From a virus: a stretch of DNA of 64,000 nucleotides. The notes beneath the pieces were generated by a model. It ran no database searches and was not told the DNA's origin. It was given only the letters and a program-made list of their open reading frames with translations. Every line of letters begins with the position of its first letter. Position 1 is the first letter of the stretch. Position numbers and translations under genes: made by a program. Of this stretch, positions 53,806 through 64,000 are shown one piece after another. The stretch lies in the IMG/VR virus record IMGVR_UViG_3300013131_000021; one strand, written 5' to 3'.

Positions 53806-54171
53806 ATGACAAGTCCATATTATTTAGGTACAACGCCCATTGAAGGACTAGGCGATAGCCCACGTTATTGGTATGCTCTTAGAAGAAATCAAGATGGTGA
53901 ATTATTTTTTGTTAGAAGCGATCAGATTTTAGATAAAGATGCTTACGAATTAAACATTCCAGGACCTCCTGAAGAAGATTATACGGATTTTGAAGCAGGT
54001 GTTGATTTTTTTGATGGCATTGATGCGAATCATGAAAAACCCAAAGCTAATATGTTCTATACTCAATATAAGTGGGACGACAGGTCGTTGTTTTTTTATG
54101 TAGATAATGAAGGTATGTTTATAGTTCGTATCAATAACGGATATTCGTACCCCACAGGCATTTCATCATAA
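53806..54171 (+). CDS. Hypothetical structural protein, 121 aa
   Basis: AAGGAG SD. Lies between the adaptor and the large adhesin. Confidence 0.6.
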   Translation: MTSPYYLGTTPIEGLGDSPRYWYALRRNQDGELFFVRSDQILDKDAYELNIPGPPEEDYTDFEAGVDFFDGIDANHEKPKANMFYTQYKWDDRSLFFYVDNEGMFIVRINNGYSYPTGISS

Positions 54172-54184
54172 TTAGGAAATTAGA

Positions 54185-57100
54185 ATGGCAGAGTTTAAAA
54201 TAACACGATTTAGATATACCTGGAGAGAAGCCTGGAGCGGTAGCTCTGTCACGTATTATAAAGATGATGTTGTGTTTTATCAAGGTTCAGCATATGTCTG
54301 TATAAGACAACATACTTCCAGTGTGTTCAATGATGCACAATTATATACTGCTCCTGGAGATACATTTGCCAGCCCGGGCTGGGTTAAGATGGCAGATGGT
54401 CGAAAATGGAACGGAGCCTGGACTGCTGCCACAAGATACGATTCGGGTGCCATAGTTTATGTTGGCGGTAATTTATATCTTTGTATAGATTCTCATGTTT
54501 CTGGTACTAATTTCCTTGAAAATGTTTTAGATTGGGACATATTAGCAGTTGGTTATAATTTTAGAAATACATGGGCACCTTCTACTAGATATAGAGTGGG
54601 AGATGTAGTCAGATACAACGGTTATACATATCAATGTGTATTAGAACACGACTCGTCAACGATAGCTAACGGAATTTCTGTTGGTAATAATGATGCGCAA
54701 GACGACAGCACTCTAGAAACATGGACCCCAGTAGTAGCCAATTATACCTATATAGGTACATGGCAATCTAATACTAGATATAGATTCAATGATCTAGTAA
54801 GATACGGCGGGTCTATTTTAAAATGTACGATAGAACACACGTCTGCACTGGCAATAACTAGCAGCAACTTTACAACGTATTTGGCGGGATTTAATTATTC
54901 AGACGAGTGGGATGACGGTACTTACTACGCTGTAGGTGATGTCGTACGCAAGGGTGGAATATTGTATGTTGCCACAGCCAACAGTCAAAACAGTGAACCG
55001 GGTATAAGTGTAATCTTACAAGAAGGCAACCCAGACTGGACAGCGATAAGCAAAGCGGTAAATTGGACCGGCATTTATAATCCCACAGCATTAATAGCAT
55101 ACAATGAAGGTGATTTAGTTAGAAGAGGCGGATCTTTATGGGTATCGTTGACTGACCAAATCAATGACGATAGTACTCTAATGCCGTTTGATACATCAAA
55201 TTGGCAACCAGTCATACCTGCTCAAAATTATAGAGGATCTTGGAATCCGTCCGCCACTTACAATTTATATGATATAGTTTATTGGAGAGGTGTAGCCTAT
55301 AGTGCTAACACTCCACATGCTAGTTCGTTTGAAAATTTTCCAGGGGACAACGGTTCAGGATTTAATTATTGGGATATCGTAGTCATCGGAGATGAAGATG
55401 CTGCACTAAGTCAATTAGGCGATTTATTAACTTATAACTTACAAAGAAATATCATATATGCAGGCGGCCAACAATATGTATTAGGAGATACCAGTACATT
55501 AGGACCAACAAACCTTCAAGTGGGGAACGAAGATGAAGTTCTAATTGTAAATAATTCTTCAGGAGATCTCGGCTACGCAGTGTGGGGAGAACAATCTCGA
55601 GCGTTCTATGTCAGAGTAGATGGAGTAGACGATGACACGGATCCAAATAGAGGTACAAACTATTTTAAACCTTATAAGACCGTGAAATTTGCTCTCGAAC
55701 AGGCAGATGATGGTTATTCTGGATATACTTCTGTAAAGGTAAGCACAGGTACATATGAAGAATTTCTTCCGTTGATAGTTCCAGTCAGGACTGCTGTGTT
55801 AGGCGATGAACTGCGGGGAGTAACAATTAAACCTAATCCTCCTATCGAGGCGCTAGCTCAAGATGCACAATATACTTTAGACACTTTGACTAGATTGGGA
55901 TTAATTTTAGGTGATGTCATACAAGGATCTTTAATTACTCCTACTGTAGGTAATACTATTACACAGAATACATCAGTTACTTCTACATCCAGTATAGCGA
56001 CAGATGCTGATCAAATATGGGCTGACATAATTACAGTTATTGATTATCTAGTGAACGACATTGGAAGTTATCCTACAGTCACAGGACACAATGTAGAAGC
56101 CGTTGACAGTGCAACTGTAAATGCAATTCACTGTTTGAATAATAATAGAAACTTTTTAAAAGAAGAAGCTATACAGTTCATGGTAGTCAATCATCCAAAC
56201 TATAGCTTTGATACAGTAAAGTGTCGAAGAGACATTGATAGATATATTGATTCGTTGATTTATGATCTTAGATTTCCAGGCAATTATAAATCTGTATTAG
56301 CAGGTAGATATTACGCAAACGCTGTAACTGGTTCTGCACACGAAGATATGTTTTATGTTAGAGACACGACTGGCGTCAGAAATATGACTCTTCGAGGACT
56401 TACTGGAACATTACCTGCACTACAAGAAGGAGAATCTTACAGTATTCCAACTGGAGGAGCTTTCGTCAGTTTAGATCCGGGATGGGGACCTGATGATGAG
56501 AAAGTGTGGATCACTTCTAGATCGTGCTATGTGCAAAACGTTACTACTTTTGGCACAGCAGCGATAGGACAAAAAATTGATGGAGCATTGCATAATGGCG
56601 GAAATCGATCCATAGTCTCTAATGATTTTACACAAGTTGTTTCAGACGGTATCGGCGCTTGGGTAGCCAATGGCGGTAGGGCAGAATTAGTTTCTGTGTT
56701 TACTTATTATGCACACATTGGAATGTTTGCTCAAGATGGTGGAGTTATCCGTGCTACTAACGGCAATAGTTCATACGGAGATTTTGGAACTGTCGCGGAC
56801 GGCATTGATCCAAATGAAGTAGTAAAATATGGATATTTGAACACTAGAACAGAACAGGCTCAAGTTGAATCGGCATTCGCAGGAGAAATTTTAGATTATA
56901 TTTTAGCATTAGAATTTTCTAATGCCGGACAAAATTACACAACTGCATCTTATTCAATTGAAAGTTCAGGCACAGGCGCAGTGGCCGTACAGGAAGAAAT
57001 CAGAGACAACGCCATGTTCGAAGTGCAGCTTTTAGATGCAGGAGCAGGATTTACCCAATACGGAAATCAGGCACAGATTGGCAACGAATTAACCATTACC

Positions 57101-59713
57101 TTAGCTACATCTGAAACTGTCGAAGAAGCTGAAATCTTAGGAATGAGAATCATCATAATCTCAGGTGAAGGTACAGGACAATACGGTTATGTACAGGCAT
57201 ACAGTGATCTTACAAAGGTATGTACAGTCTACCGTGAAAGCGATGGACAACCCGGATGGGATCATATATTACCAGGCACACCGGCTTCAGCTCTTTTGAC
57301 CACAGGTTCTAGATATCGTATTGAACCAAGGATCACATTTAACGAACCTCCATACTCAGCGACCGAAGTAACATTGGGTTCATCTAATTCTTGGGCTGCT
57401 GCTGTGTACGGAGAGACCAGCGAAACATTTACTGCGGTTACCGGAACCTTAGGAACAGGACCAGTGATTGATGTCATTCCTGCAGCGGCTGAATTTACTG
57501 TGATTAAAACAGGAAGAAGCTATAGTGTTGTAATATCTAATGGCGGTGCAGGCTATGCTGCCGACGATACCATCATCATAGACGGTGGCGATGTTGGTGG
57601 AATTTCTGGAGAACATGATATATTAATAACAGTGTTAACTACTTCAGAAGACAGCACTAATTCGATTTTGACTTTTGAAATCGCAGACAATTCTTTAATC
57701 GCAGACAGCGGCAAATTTATATTAACACCGTCCTCAGGACATTTTGGTAGATATTCTTCCGATGGGGATACTTGGACTTCGTTTGATCTACCTGTTGACG
57801 GAAATTGGAAATGTTTAGCAGCAGGAAATAACAGATTCGTAGCTGTTAGTTCTGGTTCGAATAATGCTGCCAGCAGCACCAATGGTATAGATTGGACTGC
57901 GAGGACCATGCCGAATTCAAGAAACTGGAATGGGGTTGTTTATGGTAAGCCTTCTACCGCAGCCACAGGGATTTTCGTAGCGGTATCAGGAAACTTAAAC
58001 TCAGCAGCATATTCTATCAACGGAACAACGTGGTTCGGAGCAACCATGCCAACTTTTGGAGATTCAACACTAAACGAATATGTAGATATAGCGTTTGGTT
58101 ACGATAAATTTGTTGCGTTAGCCAATTCAGGTAATTTAGCCGCAGTAGGTACATGGAACGGAACATCTCTGACATGGCAAGGAATCATAATGGATGTGGT
58201 GGCAGATTCCTCATCTAAGGATTGGACCAGCATAGCATACGGTAATAGAAGATTTGTAGCAGTATCATCCACTGGCGATATAGGATATAGTTTTGATGGA
58301 ATAGATTGGTATGCAGGCGGACAAATGCCCTCACAAGACGGATCAACCGCACATTTTTGGAAGCAGATCAGATACGGTCAAGGCGTATTTTTTGCCGTAG
58401 GCGATACTGGCATGCGAGTAGTCGGAGACGACGCCACTTCCGGTATCAATACTTTTGCCGCATCGTCATATGACGGAATTGTGTGGACATCGAGAACGTT
58501 GGTTTCAGAATTAGATTGGGGGGTTGTTGCATTCGGCAATCCAGATGTAACTATAGGAGATAGTACATTATCTAATAATCTACCTGTGTGGATAACTGCA
58601 CCGACCACATCAAGCAATAAACTAAACTACATTCAAATAGGTGCTAGAGCACTGGGTAGAGCAGTGGTAGAAGGAACCGGTTTAAGTCTGATAAAAATAT
58701 GGGAACCGGGCAGCAATTATACTTCAGATCCAACATTTACTGTTATAGATCCTAGTAAAACTGAAGAGCCAGTGTATAGAACAAGATTAGCTGACGGTGT
58801 GTTAGCGCAGCCTACATTCACTAGCAGAGGTACTGCTTATAAAACCAGTACAACGTATGTAACGGTGCAAGGAGATGGATTCGCAGATATAACACCTAAT
58901 GGTAGATTTATCACAATCGATGGGCTGACATTGATGCCTGGCCCTGGAGCTCAATTTTATATAGGCGGAAGAGAAGACTATTTTAATGCTGTAATAGTAG
59001 GAATCAACGAAACAGTAGACGAAAATGGGGGTATCAGATCGACATTCCAAGTAAGTCCTAGACCAGATTTAGCAGACAATTTAGAACACGGAATGGAAAT
59101 CGTTATTAGAGAATTATACAGCCAAGTTAGGATCACGGGTCATGATTTCTTAGACGTTGGTACTGGTAATTTTGAAGAAACAAATTATCCCGATTTATAT
59201 ATAGATTATGAATTTTCAACTCAACCTTTCCAAGAAGTTAATAACTTAAATGGTGGTCGTGTATTCTATACCTCGACAGATCAAGACGGTAATTTTAGAG
59301 CAGGCGAACAATTTGCTGTAGAACAAGCCACTGGAGTTATTACAATTAGTGCAGATTTTTTCGATCTAGAAGGATTGACAGAACTAAGATTAGCAGGTAT
59401 TAATGTTGGATCAACTGCGATTATTAGAGAATTTTCTAAGGATCCATTATTCTTACAAAATTCAAATAATGTCATACCAACACAACGAGCCATTAGAGGC
59501 TATTTACAATCTAGATTGAATATCGGAGGCGAGGATTTATTAACTCCTAGTTTCATCGCAGGAACTGTTAGAGTAGGACCAAATCTCATAAACAGTACCG
59601 CAGCCTTAACTGTGCTTATACCGATAATGGCAAATTTTGAAGGCAACGGAGTAGGAATAAGTGGAAGTATGTTAGCACAGACTATGTTCTTTAGAAGTTT
59701 TGGACAGGACTAA
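54185..59713 (+). CDS. Large fibre/adhesin with tandem CBM5/12-like repeats, a beta-helix-like domain and propeller-like repeats, 1842 aa
   Basis: About 8 W...T.Y..GD.V.Y.G..Y.C...H.S units, a GVRNMTLRGL..SCYVQNVTTFG..NDFTQV region, and W..VAYG...FVAV repeats. Confidence 0.75.
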   Translation: MAEFKITRFRYTWREAWSGSSVTYYKDDVVFYQGSAYVCIRQHTSSVFNDAQLYTAPGDTFASPGWVKMADGRKWNGAWTAATRYDSGAIVYVGGNLYLCIDSHVSGTNFLENVLDWDILAVGYNFRNTWAPSTRYRVGDVVRYNGYTYQCVLEHDSSTIANGISVGNNDAQDDSTLETWTPVVANYTYIGTWQSNTRYRFNDLVRYGGSILKCTIEHTSALAITSSNFTTYLAGFNYSDEWDDGTYYAVGDVVRKGGILYVATANSQNSEPGISVILQEGNPDWTAISKAVNWTGIYNPTALIAYNEGDLVRRGGSLWVSLTDQINDDSTLMPFDTSNWQPVIPAQNYRGSWNPSATYNLYDIVYWRGVAYSANTPHASSFENFPGDNGSGFNYWDIVVIGDEDAALSQLGDLLTYNLQRNIIYAGGQQYVLGDTSTLGPTNLQVGNEDEVLIVNNSSGDLGYAVWGEQSRAFYVRVDGVDDDTDPNRGTNYFKPYKTVKFALEQADDGYSGYTSVKVSTGTYEEFLPLIVPVRTAVLGDELRGVTIKPNPPIEALAQDAQYTLDTLTRLGLILGDVIQGSLITPTVGNTITQNTSVTSTSSIATDADQIWADIITVIDYLVNDIGSYPTVTGHNVEAVDSATVNAIHCLNNNRNFLKEEAIQFMVVNHPNYSFDTVKCRRDIDRYIDSLIYDLRFPGNYKSVLAGRYYANAVTGSAHEDMFYVRDTTGVRNMTLRGLTGTLPALQEGESYSIPTGGAFVSLDPGWGPDDEKVWITSRSCYVQNVTTFGTAAIGQKIDGALHNGGNRSIVSNDFTQVVSDGIGAWVANGGRAELVSVFTYYAHIGMFAQDGGVIRATNGNSSYGDFGTVADGIDPNEVVKYGYLNTRTEQAQVESAFAGEILDYILALEFSNAGQNYTTASYSIESSGTGAVAVQEEIRDNAMFEVQLLDAGAGFTQYGNQAQIGNELTITLATSETVEEAEILGMRIIIISGEGTGQYGYVQAYSDLTKVCTVYRESDGQPGWDHILPGTPASALLTTGSRYRIEPRITFNEPPYSATEVTLGSSNSWAAAVYGETSETFTAVTGTLGTGPVIDVIPAAAEFTVIKTGRSYSVVISNGGAGYAADDTIIIDGGDVGGISGEHDILITVLTTSEDSTNSILTFEIADNSLIADSGKFILTPSSGHFGRYSSDGDTWTSFDLPVDGNWKCLAAGNNRFVAVSSGSNNAASSTNGIDWTARTMPNSRNWNGVVYGKPSTAATGIFVAVSGNLNSAAYSINGTTWFGATMPTFGDSTLNEYVDIAFGYDKFVALANSGNLAAVGTWNGTSLTWQGIIMDVVADSSSKDWTSIAYGNRRFVAVSSTGDIGYSFDGIDWYAGGQMPSQDGSTAHFWKQIRYGQGVFFAVGDTGMRVVGDDATSGINTFAASSYDGIVWTSRTLVSELDWGVVAFGNPDVTIGDSTLSNNLPVWITAPTTSSNKLNYIQIGARALGRAVVEGTGLSLIKIWEPGSNYTSDPTFTVIDPSKTEEPVYRTRLADGVLAQPTFTSRGTAYKTSTTYVTVQGDGFADITPNGRFITIDGLTLMPGPGAQFYIGGREDYFNAVIVGINETVDENGGIRSTFQVSPRPDLADNLEHGMEIVIRELYSQVRITGHDFLDVGTGNFEETNYPDLYIDYEFSTQPFQEVNNLNGGRVFYTSTDQDGNFRAGEQFAVEQATGVITISADFFDLEGLTELRLAGINVGSTAIIREFSKDPLFLQNSNNVIPTQRAIRGYLQSRLNIGGEDLLTPSFIAGTVRVGPNLINSTAALTVLIPIMANFEGNGVGISGSMLAQTMFFRSFGQD

Positions 59714-59721
59714 TAATTTTG

Positions 59722-59728
59722 GTAAATA
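59722..59728 (+). promoter_or_regulatory. Late promoter GTAAATA
   Basis: Intergenic. GGAG SD at 59738-41 and ATG at 59748. Confidence 0.55.
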
Positions 59729-59747
59729 TTAATATTCGGAGTTTAAG

Positions 59748-62700
59748 ATGGCAGAATTTAAATTAGGTAGAATTAGATTTGTATGGAAAGGTGCATGGGC
59801 TACCGCTACCACCTATTACAAAGACGATGTAATTAGATTTGGTGGCAAGGTTTATCTATGCGCCATAGGTCATACAGCGTCTGCTGATTTTAACACAGAT
59901 CTTGATGTCAGTCCTAGCAAATGGAGTTTAATGAGCGACGGACAAAGATGGAGAGATGAATGGACTACCTCAACTACATATGAAGAAGGGGATCTTGTCA
60001 AGTATGGCGGCACTGTATACATCTGTATCGATGGCCATGTTTCTGCTGCCACAGCTAGCCTAGGACTTGAAAATAATTCTTCAGACTGGAACACGTATGT
60101 TGAAGGATTTGATTGGAAAAATGATTGGTCTATTTCAACTAGATACAAATTCAACGACATAGTTAGATACAGCGGTATCAATTATGTCTGTATAACTGGA
60201 CATACTTCGGCCGGTACTGCTTCGGCAGGATTAGAAGTCGATAGTGCAAGTTGGCAAGTTTTTACTCAAGGTCAAGAATATAAAGGAACTTGGGGTGCGG
60301 CCTTAAGATACAAATTAAATGATATTGTTAAATATGGCGCTGGACTATGGATATGTACTACTCCCCATACATCAGCGGTATTTTCTACAGATATTTCAAA
60401 TTGGACTCAATTTGTTGAAGGATTTGAGTTTGAAAATGATTGGAATTCTGGCACAGTATATCAGCCAGGCGATATCGTCAAATACGGCGGATATCAATAT
60501 GTTGCTAAAACTGTACACAATAACAGTAATCCTATCACAGGCACAGCTAATTGGGATTTATTTTCTCAAGGGCTAAAATATCAATCTGATTGGTCAAACA
60601 CCACATCATATAAAATCGGCGAAGTTGTAAAACTAAACGGATACATTTATCTTGCTACAGTAGACAGTCCAGCATATTCATTGACCGTAACTGCAGTTGA
60701 CGGTATAACCGATAGATTCACTACCAGTGATACCACAGGTCTAGTAGCAGGAATGACAGTAAGATTTATCGGATCGACATTTGGCGGAGTGTTTACTGGC
60801 GGAAGATATTATATTAGACAGGTAGTAAACGGAACCCAATTTACTATTTCAACCACATCTGGCGGATCACTGTTTAATGCATCGGCAGGTGCAGGATCAA
60901 TGACTGCTAATATCTCGGCAGAACCTCCAAACTCTAGCTATTGGAATACTTTGTCCACAGGAATATATTGGAGAGGAGAGTGGACCGATGATACAGAATA
61001 CAATGTAGGCGATGCTGTTAGATATAATGCCAGTTCTTATATTTGTACATTATCCCATAGGTCCGAAGGCGATGATGGATCTACATTAGGCACAGCAGGA
61101 GGCGGCCAAGCCAATAGCAGACCTGACTTAGATACTGCAGGTACATATTGGAGTTTATTATCTAGCGGTAGTGAAACTGAAATATTAACCACAGTAGGCG
61201 ATCTAGTTTATTACGGCGGAGCAGGACCTACCAGATTACCAGTAGGTACAGAAGGCCAGATTTTAAGAGTAGGCTCAGCCGGTGTTCCTGAATGGGTAAC
61301 ATGGGGTAAGACTGATAATGTTTACTACGTGTCTACGATTGGAGAAGATAGACCCTTCCCAGCCTGCGGTGCAACGTTGGACAAACCATGGGCATCGATA
61401 CGCTATGCCTGCGAGCAAGTAGAAAAAGGACCAAGAAATCCTAATTCACAACACTTATTAGAACTTAATAGAGCTTTTTTACAAAAAGAAATTACTGCTT
61501 GGATCAGGTATCAAATTACCAATAGTATCGCTCCTTTCACTCCCGCTTTTGATTACGACGAATACAAATGCGAGCGAGATGTAGGATTCATAATCGATAG
61601 ATTGATCTGGGATATAGGGCATGGCGGCAATTTGAAAATACGATCTGCAGCACTAAGTTTCGTAGGAGCATTCGGTGAAGACGGCGAATTCAGTAGCCCT
61701 GTGGAAAATGCAACTTATGTCACATTAGCAGCGGAAGCAGATGAAGGCATAGCAGCCTACGAATATCTAAAAACCATAGTAGCAGACGTATTAGCTAACG
61801 AAGAACCATCTATAGTTTATCAAACTTTGGCCTTAGATTCCTCTGCTGTGGTTAGTCAATATATTAATACAGACTATGTAGCCGAATCTGGAATTACTGA
61901 TACCACGGATGCACTTATAGACATAGTTATTACAGCATTAACAGATCAAGATTCAAGCAATGTTCCTGCTAGGGTGGTTCCAAATAACTCTATTCTAGTA
62001 AGAACAGGTGTATATAGAGAAGTTTTACCTATAATTGTGCCGGCCGAAACCGCAGTAGTCGGCGACGAAGTCCGTTCAGTGAATGCTGGACCTGCCGGAA
62101 GTCTTATCAGCAAAGATGACGCAAAATACAGCATCGGCGTTTTAAGTAGATTAGAAACAGTAGTTGGACAGATAGTTTTAGGATCTAATGTAACTGAAAG
62201 TACAGGCAATACAGAAATACAAGACATTCAATTCCCATATGCCAGCACTGTAGAGGAAACAGATGTTAAGAAACTAGTAAGATCTATGCAGCATCAAATA
62301 GATTTCAAAGTCGGAACTACTTATATGGAAAGTTCTGCTGATCCTACTGGTTATAATACCGCCTTTTTAGTAGGCTATGGAGATGCTAGAAAATTAATTA
62401 GAGAAAATAAAGAGTTTGTCAAAGACGAAATCACAGCTTGGATAGCAGTAAATTATCCTACTGTAAAATACAGTAAGACTAAATGCCGCAGAGATATAGG
62501 TTATATTATAGATGCATTGTGCTATGACTTGACTTATACAGGAAAATGGGCTACATTAATATCTGGATTATCGTATTTTGATGGCAATGGCAGCACTAGT
62601 TTGATGATAGATGAATCCGAAGTACCTGCTACTGCTGGAGCTTACAGCAGATTAAAATCTATTTTACAAGATATCGTACAAAACATAACAGTTACAAAAT

Positions 62701-64000
62701 CTACAGGAAATACTGCTACACAATGGACAGATTCTGTGAATCTAGGCGGCGGTGCAATAACGACCACAGACATCGGCTCTGCGATCGATCAAATAATTAA
62801 CATAGTTCAAGGCGATTCTACTGCTGGAAATACACCGCAGATAAATGTTACTATCATCGCTACGCTTAACACTTTTACTTCCGGTAGTCATGGAATGGCA
62901 GTAGGAGATGCAGTTATTCCTCGAATTACTGCCAACGGTCTGACAGCCGGTATTAAGTATTGGGTAGCAGCTACCACTCTTAATACATTCCAACTGGCAG
63001 CTACATACGGCGGAGCAGTACTGTCAACATTTACTAATGGTACTTCTTTAGATATCGATTTGGAGGTGATAGATTATCCTACTGCTCAAAATGGTAATAC
63101 TTCCACCACAGCATTGATTTCAGCAGCACAGACGCTAGATGCCGCACAGGAAACAATCGTAACAAATACGACCGCTTACATAACAGCCAACTATCCAACA
63201 TTGACATATAACACTACAAAGTGTGAAAGAGATGTTAGATTGATTCTTGAAGCTGTGATGTATGATTTTATGTTTAATAGCAATTTCCAAACAAGGTTAA
63301 GTGCTTATTCTTATCTAAGAGCAAGTGCTGTTGATGTATTTGATTTGGGACAAAAAGATGCTACAAGAGCAGCTTTCCAATATGTCAAGACACAGGCCCA
63401 AGCCAATGTCGGCGGAGATGCTACCGCTCAGACTAGGATCGGTACATTGATGGATATGTTAGATGATATTTTCTATGCTGCTACAAACGAAGGATCTATA
63501 TGCCAAACTGAAATTAGATCAGCAGACTGGGCTAGATTACAATTAGAAAGAAACAGAGATTATATTGTCAATGAAATGACTGCATACGGGGAAGCAACTT
63601 ACACAACCAGTGTTTCTACAGCCACAGCTGCCACAGATCTGTTTACCTGTGCAGACACCAGTTGGATGATTAGAAATGCCCCTGTAAGATTCAGCGGTAC
63701 AGTGTTTGGTGGCATTTCGGCAAGCACAACATATTATGTTCAAAATGTTGTTAGCTCTACAACATTCAAAGTATCTACCACTAGAGATTCTAATACAGCA
63801 TTTAATATTGCATCAAACTCTTCAGGCACCATGATTGTGTCGCTGTATTACAGTGTGCTAGAATGCGAACGAGATATAAATCGTTATCTAGATGCATTGA
63901 AATATGATTTACAATATCCGGGCAATTACAAATCTAGATTAGCCGCTAGAATTTATTCTAATGCAGTAACAGGCAGTTTAGAAGAAGACATGTACTATGT
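59748..64000 (+). CDS. Second large CBM-repeat fibre/adhesin, truncated by the window end (>1417 aa)
   Basis: Absent from the ORF track because there is no stop in the window. Reads MAEFKLGRIRFVWKGAWATATTYYKDDVIRFGG. The last codons (YSNAVTGSLEEDMYY) are in frame and match YANAVTGSAHEDMFY of the preceding paralog. Confidence 0.85.
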   Translation, partial: MAEFKLGRIRFVWKGAWATATTYYKDDVIRFGGKVYLCAIGHTASADFNTDLDVSPSKWSLMSDGQRWRDEWTTSTTYEEGDLVKYGGTVYICIDGHVSAATASLGLENNSSDWNTYVEGFDWKNDWSISTRYKFNDIVRYSGINYVCITGHTSAGTASAGLEVDSASWQVFTQGQEYKGTWGAALRYKLNDIVKYGAGLWICTTPHTSAVFSTDISNWTQFVEGFEFENDWNSGTVYQPGDIVKYGGYQYVAKTVHNNSNPITGTANWDLFSQGLKYQSDWSNTTSYKIGEVVKLNGYIYLATVDSPAYSLTVTAVDGITDRFTTSDTTGLVAGMTVRFIGSTFGGVFTGGRYYIRQVVNGTQFTISTTSGGSLFNASAGAGSMTANISAEPPNSSYWNTLSTGIYWRGEWTDDTEYNVGDAVRYNASSYICTLSHRSEGDDGSTLGTAGGGQANSRPDLDTAGTYWSLLSSGSETEILTTVGDLVYYGGAGPTRLPVGTEGQILRVGSAGVPEWVTWGKTDNVYYVSTIGEDRPFPACGATLDKPWASIRYACEQVEKGPRNPNSQHLLELNRAFLQKEITAWIRYQITNSIAPFTPAFDYDEYKCERDVGFIIDRLIWDIGHGGNLKIRSAALSFVGAFGEDGEFSSPVENATYVTLAAEADEGIAAYEYLKTIVADVLANEEPSIVYQTLALDSSAVVSQYINTDYVAESGITDTTDALIDIVITALTDQDSSNVPARVVPNNSILVRTGVYREVLPIIVPAETAVVGDEVRSVNAGPAGSLISKDDAKYSIGVLSRLETVVGQIVLGSNVTESTGNTEIQDIQFPYASTVEETDVKKLVRSMQHQIDFKVGTTYMESSADPTGYNTAFLVGYGDARKLIRENKEFVKDEITAWIAVNYPTVKYSKTKCRRDIGYIIDALCYDLTYTGKWATLISGLSYFDGNGSTSLMIDESEVPATAGAYSRLKSILQDIVQNITVTKSTGNTATQWTDSVNLGGGAITTTDIGSAIDQIINIVQGDSTAGNTPQINVTIIATLNTFTSGSHGMAVGDAVIPRITANGLTAGIKYWVAATTLNTFQLAATYGGAVLSTFTNGTSLDIDLEVIDYPTAQNGNTSTTALISAAQTLDAAQETIVTNTTAYITANYPTLTYNTTKCERDVRLILEAVMYDFMFNSNFQTRLSAYSYLRASAVDVFDLGQKDATRAAFQYVKTQAQANVGGDATAQTRIGTLMDMLDDIFYAATNEGSICQTEIRSADWARLQLERNRDYIVNEMTAYGEATYTTSVSTATAATDLFTCADTSWMIRNAPVRFSGTVFGGISASTTYYVQNVVSSTTFKVSTTRDSNTAFNIASNSSGTMIVSLYYSVLECERDINRYLDALKYDLQYPGNYKSRLAARIYSNAVTGSLEEDMYY

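Noticed and set aside
1-64000. Stop-codon reassignment, CRISPR array, DGR/retron, integrase or IS element
   Set aside because: Core genes are full-length in the standard code and end with TAA, TGA and TAG. No regularly spaced repeats, reverse transcriptase, recombinase or transposase were seen in the window.

Overview
This is a 64 kb, AT-rich segment of a large T4-like myovirus genome (Caudoviricetes, apparently an uncultured aquatic-type lineage), read with the standard genetic code. Bases 1-31323 (minus strand) hold a baseplate/fibre operon: a tube-initiator-like gene, gp53, hub, gp5, gp25, gp6, a 4733-aa gene in the gp7 position, and four paralogous fibres. Bases 31408-35735 (plus) carry late sigma gp55, gp47/gp46, a small Hc1-like protein and a stand-alone GIY-YIG protein. 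These are followed by about 500 bp of non-coding, densely base-paired sequence. Next come two putative internal head proteins, a minus-strand tail chaperone pair that appears joined by a -1 frameshift, and a tape-measure-like gene. The head module follows (portal, an inserted glycosyltransferase-like gene, core, protease, scaffold, major capsid), then a long run of fibre/adhesin genes that continues off the window end. T4-type late promoters (core TAAATA) punctuate the window, and several appear to make leaderless mRNAs. The best leads are: (1) the GIY-YIG gene plus the adjacent ~370-nt structured RNA candidate and hairpin cluster; (2) the lambda G/GT-style frameshift in a T4-like phage; (3) a Maf/CstII-like transferase inside the head operon; (4) structured 5' leaders of late structural genes. 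All family assignments come from motif recognition by eye; no database searches were run.
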